Source of the DNA: an uncultured Bacteroidota bacterium
GTDB lineage: Bacteria; Bacteroidota; Bacteroidia; Cytophagales; Amoebophilaceae
Assembly: GCA_942492555.1 (NCBI GenBank)
Contig: CALOEX010000004.1
Span: 11,875-75,874, forward strand
DNA: 64,000 nt
Reading direction: 5' to 3'
The notes beneath the pieces were generated by a model. That model did no database searches and was not told the DNA's origin. It was given only the letters and a program-made list of their open reading frames with translations. Position 1 is the first letter of the stretch. Each line of letters opens with the position of its first letter. The translations under genes were made by a program, and so were the position numbers. Shown here piece after piece: positions 57,192 through 64,000 of this stretch.

Positions 57192-57485
57192 TTATGACAT
57201 TCCTCTTTTTATAGAGAATCGATTTTCTTCAAATTTTTGTTGTAATGCATTTTTCCATAAGTAACATGTTGTGCTACCTATGACTACAATTGTACTTCCA
57301 ATCCACCGCCAATTTCTATTGGTCAATTGTGTATGGGGAGGAATGTTGCTATAAAAAGTTCGTTGGATGTGTTGTGATGTTTGGGGGATAATTTTTTTAC
57401 AAGGTTGACATGTGTTTGTGGCTTGAATGTTTAAGGCAAATATAGCGAGAAGAAATAGCTTAACTGAAACTGAATTTTTATTCAT
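57192..57485 (-). CDS. Small hypothetical protein with signal peptide and C-proximal TM segment
   Basis: MNKNSVSVKLFLLAIFALNIQA... and WRWIGSTIVVIGSTTCYLW. 97 aa. Confidence 0.45.
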   Translation of the reverse strand: MNKNSVSVKLFLLAIFALNIQATNTCQPCKKIIPQTSQHIQRTFYSNIPPHTQLTNRNWRWIGSTIVVIGSTTCYLWKNALQQKFEENRFSIKRGMS

Positions 57486-57616
57486 GGCATAAGCTGTTTA
57501 AAAATTTAAAAAATGATAGGTATTGCAATGTATGAAAATAATGCTATGTAACAAAATACTAAAACACAATCTGCCTATATTTTTTATATATTGGATTTTT
57601 TGGTAGTGAAAAACTG

Positions 57617-58876
57617 TTATGCTGTAATGATCACTTGATGAGTCCCCTCTGTTTTTAAGTATTTTTGTGCCATTGCTTGTATGGTTTTTGGTTCTATATT
57701 TTTAATAGTATGGTAGAGTTCTGTGTAGTAAGAGAGGTCTCTGTCGTGTAGATTGATTGCTTTTAGTTGGGTGGTTGCATAAAATGGATTGTCAAGAATG
57801 CTTAACAAATTGCCTAAAAGGTAGCTTTTTAAATTTTTGAGTTCTTCGTTGTGTACGAGGGTTGTTTGTAGAGTGTGGATTTCCTTTTTAATTTCTTCAC
57901 AGGTTGCTTTTACGTATTCTTTTTTTACAGATGTTGCCAAAATCCAACACCCAATATATCGTAGTGGTTGTATATAGGTTGTGATACCATAGGTATACCC
58001 TTTTTCTTCACGGATGTTTGCCATTAAACGAGAGCCAAAAAAACCTCCTAAAAGTTGGTTTGTGCAATAGAAAGGTATGTAATCAGGATGTTTGGGTGTG
58101 ATGGTGGGATGCGTCATGCGAATGATGGCTTGGGCGCATTTGCGTTGTATGTTTTTTTGTGAAGGAGGCAGTGTTGTTATGGTGGTGTCTATAGAAGTGC
58201 GTGCCTGTGGATGTATGTTACTAAAAATTTTTTTGACTTTTATGATCATTTCGTCAGTAACATGTCCACTGAGGTAAATATGTGTGTTATGCCATGCATT
58301 TTTTTCATAATGAGTTCGTATATCTTCAATAGAGAGGGAGTCCAAAACACTATTGTCAAGGATGTAGCCATAGGGGTGTTCTGGTTTGAACAATTGTTGA
58401 TTGAGTGTTTTGGAGGCTAATTTTTGGAGGTTGGCATTTTCTTGTTTGAGTTGTTGTGCTATGATGGGTTGGAGTATACGAAAGTCTTTTTGGGTAAAGG
58501 TAGGGTGTTGTAGCATATGTGCGAAAATAGGTAGAAGTTCATTGAAATGCGTTGTAGGTGTTTCTAAAGTAATGTCTAATGTGTCTTTTGTTTCTATACA
58601 ACTTAGTTGGGCACCATAGTATTCTAGCATTTGTTCTATGGTTTTATCAGTAGTGTAGGCTGTTTTTGGAAGCATTTCTGCTACGAGATAAGCAATGCCA
58701 GGTTTTGTGGCATTCCAGTCTCCTGCTTCGAAAAGAATGCTGAGGGTAACAACAGGGTAATCTGTGTTTTGTATAGTGCTTAGTTTGAGGTGGGGATTGA
58801 TTGCTTCTGTTTTTACATAGGGGATTTTCAAGTTAGGAAGCTCAGGTGTTTGTGGCATGTGTTGTCTATGTAACAT
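57617..58876 (-). CDS. M16 (pitrilysin/insulinase) family protein, probably non-catalytic
   Basis: M16 two-domain layout. The position of the HxxEH zinc motif reads GIAYLVAEM. The track start at 58912 is TTG and overlaps leuS; the first ATG is at 58876. Confidence 0.8.
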   Translation of the reverse strand: MLHRQHMPQTPELPNLKIPYVKTEAINPHLKLSTIQNTDYPVVTLSILFEAGDWNATKPGIAYLVAEMLPKTAYTTDKTIEQMLEYYGAQLSCIETKDTLDITLETPTTHFNELLPIFAHMLQHPTFTQKDFRILQPIIAQQLKQENANLQKLASKTLNQQLFKPEHPYGYILDNSVLDSLSIEDIRTHYEKNAWHNTHIYLSGHVTDEMIIKVKKIFSNIHPQARTSIDTTITTLPPSQKNIQRKCAQAIIRMTHPTITPKHPDYIPFYCTNQLLGGFFGSRLMANIREEKGYTYGITTYIQPLRYIGCWILATSVKKEYVKATCEEIKKEIHTLQTTLVHNEELKNLKSYLLGNLLSILDNPFYATTQLKAINLHDRDLSYYTELYHTIKNIEPKTIQAMAQKYLKTEGTHQVIITA

Positions 58877-58904
58877 GGTGTTATTATTGGGTGTTTTTAA
58901 TGGT

Positions 58905-61766
58905 TTATACAACGATATTGATCATGCGTTTGTGTATAAAAATAATTTTTTTAATTTTTTTTTCCTTTAGCCATTTTTGAATACAGGGGTGGGCCAGTGC
59001 TTTTTGTTTTGCATTTTCTTCATTGTCTTCCCTATCACATACAATGGTTGCCCGCAGTTTTCCATTGATGGTTACAGGATACATGATGGTTTCTTCTTCT
59101 AGATAGATAGGGTTGCATATTGGGAATCCACTGTGTATTACACTTGTTTTGTGTCCGAGTAACTGCCATAAATGTTCGGCAGTGTGAGGGGCAAACGGTG
59201 CTAATAAGCGAATGAAGTCTTCTATTGTTGTTTTATCAGGAGTGTGGGAGAGAGTACTGAACGTGTTGACAAGGATCATTAAAGCACTGATACTCGTATT
59301 GAATGTGAAGCGATCAATACCTCTTTGTACTTGTTGTATTGCTTTATGGAGAGCCTTGCAGACTTCATCTGATATTTTGTTTTGGGTGTTTGCTTTTGCT
59401 TGATATCTATCAAAGAGCATGAATACTTTTTTGATAAAACGTGCTACGCCTTGTATACCTTTTTCGCTCCATGGTTTGTCTTGTTGTGCAGGACCTAGGA
59501 AGAGGAGGTATAAACGTAGTATATCTGCCCCATATTTTTCTAGGATGGGTTCAGGGGAAATGCTGTTGTGTTTTGACTTTGACATTTTTTCTAAAAGTTC
59601 TCCACAGATGTATTCGCCATTTTCTAAAATGAAGGTTGCATCATTAAAATCTGGACGCCATTGTTTGAATGCCTCTATGTCTAAGCGGTTGTTTTTTACA
59701 AGGTTAATATCTATGCGTAGGGGTGTAGTATCATATTGGTGGTGTAAACCATGGCTTACAAATTTGTTTGTGTCTTTGATGCGATAGACAAGTTGGGAGA
59801 AATTTTGGATCATACCTTGGTTAAATAATTTCTGAAAAGGCTCATCTATTGAAATATATCCTAGGTCATATAAAAATTTTGTAAAGAATCGAGCGTAGAT
59901 CAAATGTCCTGTAGCATGTTCTTTTCCACCTACATACAGATCTACTTGTTGCCAATAATGATAGGCTTTTTTGCTGACAAATTCTTGGGTGTTTTCAGGG
60001 TCCATATAGCGTAAAAAATACCAACTTGATCCCGCCCATGCGGGCATGGTGGAAGTTTCTAGTGGATTTTCTCCTATATGCCATTGGGGTGCTCGTGCTA
60101 ATGGTGGCTCTCCTGTGGTCGTGGGTTGATAGTTGTTGATATTAGGGAGTTCTAATGGTAATTCTTTTTCCGAGAGAGGTGTGGGGATACCTTCTTTAAA
60201 GTAAATGGGCAACGGTTCTCCCCAATATCGCTGTCTGGCAAAAACGGGGTCATGCAAGCGGTATTTAATCGTTTTTTCACCTTGTTTTTTTTCTGCTAAG
60301 ACTTGCATGATTTTTTGTTGTGCTTCTGCAACAGAGAGTCCATTGGCAAAATGTGAGTGTATGAGTTTTCCTTCTTTTTCGGCATAAGCACTTTCAGTAA
60401 TGTTGTCTTGATCTATAACTTGTATGATGGGTAAGTTGAAGTGTTTTGCAAAATCATAGTCACGTTGGTCATGTGCTGGCACACCCATAATAGCACCAAG
60501 CCCATAATGCATCAATACGTAATCAGCGATAAAAATAGGGATTTTTTGTAAGGTTAAAGGGTGAATGGCATAGTGTCCTGTAAACATTCCAGGTGTGTCT
60601 TTTTGTTGCATACGCTCTTTTTCCGAAAGGCACTTCGTATGTGCTATATAATCTTTGAGCTGTTGCAAAAGTAGTGCATCAGTGGTATCAACAATAGGCA
60701 TTGCCATTTCTTCTATCTCTGGTGAAAAATCTATTTCAGATGCTAGTAAAAAATCGTTTTGTGTTGCTTCTTGGTAGGTAATGATTTTTTGTATGCATGG
60801 GTGCTCTGGTGCTAATGCTAGAAATGTGGCACCAAAGATAGTGTCTATGCGTGTAGTGAATACCTGTAGGTTGCCTAGTTTTTTGTCTAGGGTAAAGGTG
60901 ATGTCTACTCCTTGTGATTTGCCAATCCAGTTGCGTTGTGTTTCTTTAATGGATTCTGACCAGTCTAAGTTGTCTAGCCCTTCTAATAAACGATCGGCAT
61001 AAGGTTGTATACGGAGACTCCATTGCATCATTTGTTTGCGTATTACAGGATGCCCTCCTCTTTCAGAGAGTCCTTCTTTAACTTCTTCATTTGCTAAAAC
61101 GGTGCCGAGTGCTGGACACCAGTTCACGGTTTGTGGAGATAGGTAAGCAAGTCTATAGTGGGATAATATTTTTTGTTTTTCTGTTTCACTCATGTTGAGC
61201 CATTCTGTAGAGGTAAAACACTGTTGTATATAGCCTGTTGTTGCGGGGGTATTATTGCCATGGCTGGCAAAAATGGTAAGAAGTGTTTGGATAGGTGATG
61301 CACAATTTTTCTCTTTGTTGTACCAACTGTTAAAAAGCTGTAGAAAAATCCATTGTGTCCATCGGTAGTAACTAGGGTCTGTTGTGGAAAAAGAGCGTTG
61401 CCAGTCAAAGGATAAACTGGTTTCCTTTAGGAGTTTTGTGTAGTTTGCGATGTTTTTTTCCACTGTAATAGCAGGGTGTTGGCCCGTTTCTATAGCATGT
61501 TGTTCTGCAGGGAGTCCAAATGCATCAAAACCCATAGGATGCAGGACTTCATAGCCTTTCATACGTTGTTCAATAGCCACAACATCACTGGCATAATAGC
61601 CAAGGAGGTGTCCAACGTGTAAGCCTTGTCCAGAAGGATAGGGAAACATGTCTAAAATGTATTTTTTTTGTTTTTTGGCATTCGTTTTTGCTGTGAAAAT
61701 TTGTTGCTCCTGCCAAAGGCGTTGCATGTTTTTTTCGATTTTTTTAAAATGGTGTTTGTTTTGCAT
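58905..61766 (-). CDS. leuS: Leucine--tRNA ligase
   Basis: PYPSGQGLHVGHLLGY (HIGH), KMSKSKHN (KMSKS), CP1 editing blocks. ATG at 61766; the track start at 61784 is TTG. Confidence 0.96.
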   Translation of the reverse strand: MQNKHHFKKIEKNMQRLWQEQQIFTAKTNAKKQKKYILDMFPYPSGQGLHVGHLLGYYASDVVAIEQRMKGYEVLHPMGFDAFGLPAEQHAIETGQHPAITVEKNIANYTKLLKETSLSFDWQRSFSTTDPSYYRWTQWIFLQLFNSWYNKEKNCASPIQTLLTIFASHGNNTPATTGYIQQCFTSTEWLNMSETEKQKILSHYRLAYLSPQTVNWCPALGTVLANEEVKEGLSERGGHPVIRKQMMQWSLRIQPYADRLLEGLDNLDWSESIKETQRNWIGKSQGVDITFTLDKKLGNLQVFTTRIDTIFGATFLALAPEHPCIQKIITYQEATQNDFLLASEIDFSPEIEEMAMPIVDTTDALLLQQLKDYIAHTKCLSEKERMQQKDTPGMFTGHYAIHPLTLQKIPIFIADYVLMHYGLGAIMGVPAHDQRDYDFAKHFNLPIIQVIDQDNITESAYAEKEGKLIHSHFANGLSVAEAQQKIMQVLAEKKQGEKTIKYRLHDPVFARQRYWGEPLPIYFKEGIPTPLSEKELPLELPNINNYQPTTTGEPPLARAPQWHIGENPLETSTMPAWAGSSWYFLRYMDPENTQEFVSKKAYHYWQQVDLYVGGKEHATGHLIYARFFTKFLYDLGYISIDEPFQKLFNQGMIQNFSQLVYRIKDTNKFVSHGLHHQYDTTPLRIDINLVKNNRLDIEAFKQWRPDFNDATFILENGEYICGELLEKMSKSKHNSISPEPILEKYGADILRLYLLFLGPAQQDKPWSEKGIQGVARFIKKVFMLFDRYQAKANTQNKISDEVCKALHKAIQQVQRGIDRFTFNTSISALMILVNTFSTLSHTPDKTTIEDFIRLLAPFAPHTAEHLWQLLGHKTSVIHSGFPICNPIYLEEETIMYPVTINGKLRATIVCDREDNEENAKQKALAHPCIQKWLKEKKIKKIIFIHKRMINIVV

Positions 61767-61810
61767 GATTTTGTCTTTTTGCAATAAATCTATATTTTTT
61801 AAATCATTTT

Positions 61811-62296
61811 TTATGGAATGAGTTTTTTGCGTTTGAGGAGCATCGTAAAGAAAAGTATGTCTTGTGGGCTTTTAAAAATTTTTTTGGGTAAGTGTATAAA
61901 GTGGAAGGAACTCATGTATAATGTAAAAAAGTCTTCTCCTTGCTCTGCTTTGCGTACTTTTTCCCAGGTGATATTCATGCCTTGTTTAGGGTTTATTTGC
62001 ATGAGGATGTATTTGCTACTAATCTGGTAGTTAAATGGCTGAAAAAGCATTTTGTTGCCTTCTACTAATGTAAGGGCATATACTTGTATATAACGGAAAA
62101 GTATGTATCCTCCTGATAACACAATGCATCCAATAGCGGATTTTTTCCATTTTATGTAGAAGAAGAATACCATGAAGATGAGAGGTATTAAAGCATGCCA
62201 CCATTTTTTATGGATAAGTGCTTTGAATACTGTTTTGATGTACTTTGATTTTGGTAGACTGTATTTTTTTGTTTTGATAATCATGGTTTTTTGCAT
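61811..62296 (-). CDS. Hypothetical membrane protein (possibly YcxB-like)
   Basis: 161-aa ORF with two TM segments after a basic N-terminus. The C-terminal FFTLYMSSFHFIHLPKKIF resembles YcxB-like domains; this is a weak call. Confidence 0.55.
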   Translation of the reverse strand: MQKTMIIKTKKYSLPKSKYIKTVFKALIHKKWWHALIPLIFMVFFFYIKWKKSAIGCIVLSGGYILFRYIQVYALTLVEGNKMLFQPFNYQISSKYILMQINPKQGMNITWEKVRKAEQGEDFFTLYMSSFHFIHLPKKIFKSPQDILFFTMLLKRKKLIP

Positions 62297-62445
62297 GGAC
62301 TAAAATGTGTCCAAATTTAACTTTTTAGTCAAATATTAAAAAATAATACGGGGTAGTACCATGTCTTTTTGCATAAACTGGTATATTGGGGACACTTGTG
62401 CAAACATGTAGATGTGTGTATAATATTTATTTATGTGGTATATGT

Positions 62446-63126
62446 ATGGCTATGATAACTAATATTTTGAGTATGGAAACAGCTACGGATGTATGTTCTG
62501 TTGCTGTACATCAAAATGGGAATCTCCTAAGTAGTTTTGAACATCATGTAAAACGTACACATAGCCATGTGCTTCATGAAATGGTAGATGCTGTTTTAAA
62601 AGTAGCACAAATTAAAGTATGTGATTTGCAGGCTGTTGCAGTGGGTAAAGGACCAGGCTCTTATACTGGTTTGCGTGTAGGGGTTGCTTTTGCAAAAGGT
62701 ATGTGTTACGCTTGTAATATCCCTTTGCTTCCCATAGATACATTAGCGATTTTAGGTGCTTCTATCCATGATTTTTTATTGCCTGAGTCCGCTTATTGCT
62801 ATGCTTTAATTGATGCTGGTGAAAGCTATGCTTATGGTATGGTATTAAAAAAACAGCAGATTGTTCGTGATGCTCACCTTTGCCATGTTGTTACTCCCAA
62901 TATAAAAGCTTATATAAAAACTTTTTCTGGGTCTTTTTGCTTTGTAGGCAATGGTGCTGATCGCTATGCTACAGCTTTGGAAGGTATACCTGATACAATG
63001 GTGGCAAAAGGATTTTACCCTTGCGCTCGTAGTATGGGAAACTTGGCTTGGCAGGCTTTTTGTGAAAGAAAAATAGCGGATCTTGCTTCTTTTTCTCCTG
63101 TCTACCTGAGTAGGCATTGCCAGTAG
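62446..63126 (+). CDS. tsaB: tRNA threonylcarbamoyladenosine biosynthesis protein TsaB
   Basis: ILSMETATDVCSVAV..., VAVGKGPGSYTGLRVGVAFAKG. Start set at the internal ATG (MAMITN). Confidence 0.88.
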   Translation: MAMITNILSMETATDVCSVAVHQNGNLLSSFEHHVKRTHSHVLHEMVDAVLKVAQIKVCDLQAVAVGKGPGSYTGLRVGVAFAKGMCYACNIPLLPIDTLAILGASIHDFLLPESAYCYALIDAGESYAYGMVLKKQQIVRDAHLCHVVTPNIKAYIKTFSGSFCFVGNGADRYATALEGIPDTMVAKGFYPCARSMGNLAWQAFCERKIADLASFSPVYLSRHCQ

Positions 63127-63400
63127 TTATTAACAAGACGTTTTTACTGGAATAAAATGCACTATGGAAGATGGATGTTTTACATGCAGTTTGTGATTTT
63201 TCGTATAGCACCCTTATATTTGAGGGTTAAATTTACTTATATTGTACCATTGGGTGTACGTCATATACAAAATATGAACAAAAGTGTTTCCAAACACCTT
63301 CCAACAATCCTATTAAAATTTTTAAACGATAAAAAATAGACAATAACTACTCTTTTTTCATGTATATAACGCAATAAACTCATAGCAAACAAAAAACATT

Positions 63401-64000
63401 ATGGCAAACCACGCACTTTCGGAAGAAACGACAAACTTATTGATTCTAGGGGGAGGACCAGCAGGTTATACAGCTGCTCTCTATGCCTGCAGAGCAGGAT
63501 GGACACCCATATTGTACCAAGGACCTCAGCCAGGAGGGCAACTTATGATCACCAGTATGGTAGAAAATTATCCAGGCTATCCCCAAGGAGTATTAGGCCC
63601 TGCCATGATGGAGGATTTTAAGCAACAGGCACTACGATTTGGCACAGAGGTACGGATAGGTATGGCAACATCGGTTCATTTTAACAAATATCCTTTAGAA
63701 GTAACGATAGATCAAACGCATAACATTACTGCAAAAGCTGTTATCATTGCTACTGGATCTTCAGCAAAATGGCTTGGTATTCCTTCTGAGGAAAAATTAA
63801 ATGGTAAAGGTGTTTCTGCCTGTGCGGTTTGCGATGGGTTTTTTTTCAAGGACAAAGAGGTAGCTATTGTAGGAGGAGGTGACTCTGCAGCAGAAGAAGC
63901 ACTTTATTTAGCAAATACTTGCAAAAAAGTCTACATGCTTGTGCGACGAGATGTTATGCGTGCTTCTCACATTATGCAGCAACGTGTGTTTGCCCATCCT
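63401..64000 (+). CDS. trxB: Thioredoxin-disulfide reductase (partial, runs off window end)
   Basis: Not in the track because no stop lies in the window. Hand translation: MANHALSEETTNLLILGGGPAGYTAALYACRAG...GKGVSACAVCDGFFFKDKEVAIVGGGDSAAEEALYL, with the CAVC redox motif and two GxGxxA/G dinucleotide folds. Confidence 0.92.
   Translation, partial: MANHALSEETTNLLILGGGPAGYTAALYACRAGWTPILYQGPQPGGQLMITSMVENYPGYPQGVLGPAMMEDFKQQALRFGTEVRIGMATSVHFNKYPLEVTIDQTHNITAKAVIIATGSSAKWLGIPSEEKLNGKGVSACAVCDGFFFKDKEVAIVGGGDSAAEEALYLANTCKKVYMLVRRDVMRASHIMQQRVFAHP

Overview
AT-rich bacterial window. Three signals point to Bacteroidota: the cluster tRNA-Tyr/Gly/Thr - tuf - tRNA-Trp - secE - nusG - rplKAJL - rpoBC, TAnnTTTG-type promoter boxes, and a DUF3276 PUR-like protein with a long-form IleRS. 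I infer, but cannot test here, that it is an intracellular symbiont of the Amoebophilus/Cardinium type. About half the window is conserved housekeeping: uvrB, pepP-like, pyrH, ychF, bcp, glyQS, hslV, tuf, ribosomal proteins, rpoB/rpoC, photolyase, ileS, leuS, tsaB, trxB and 6 tRNAs. The rest is lineage-specific. It holds a 1804-aa NACHT-pentapeptide-WD40 (NLR-like) protein and a TPR protein. It also holds a large GTPase translationally coupled to a tail-anchored coiled-coil protein, with a decayed tandem copy beside it. Further items are a membrane sensor fused to a SpoT-type HD hydrolase, a metal-ABC permease fused to a DtxR-like repressor (as in chlamydial YtgCR), a membrane-embedded MutS-like ATPase, and an Rpn-family PD-(D/E)XK nuclease. 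Several signal-peptide plus C-terminal-anchor proteins carry in-frame tandem repeats. Other signals are kb-scale patches of extreme amino/keto (A+C vs G+T) strand skew that switch inside single genes, an unusually divergent EF-Tu and L11, gene-fragment debris, and long poly(A) tracts inside CDSs. No CRISPR array, rRNA or complete IS element was seen. All domain calls come from motif reading by eye; no database search was possible.
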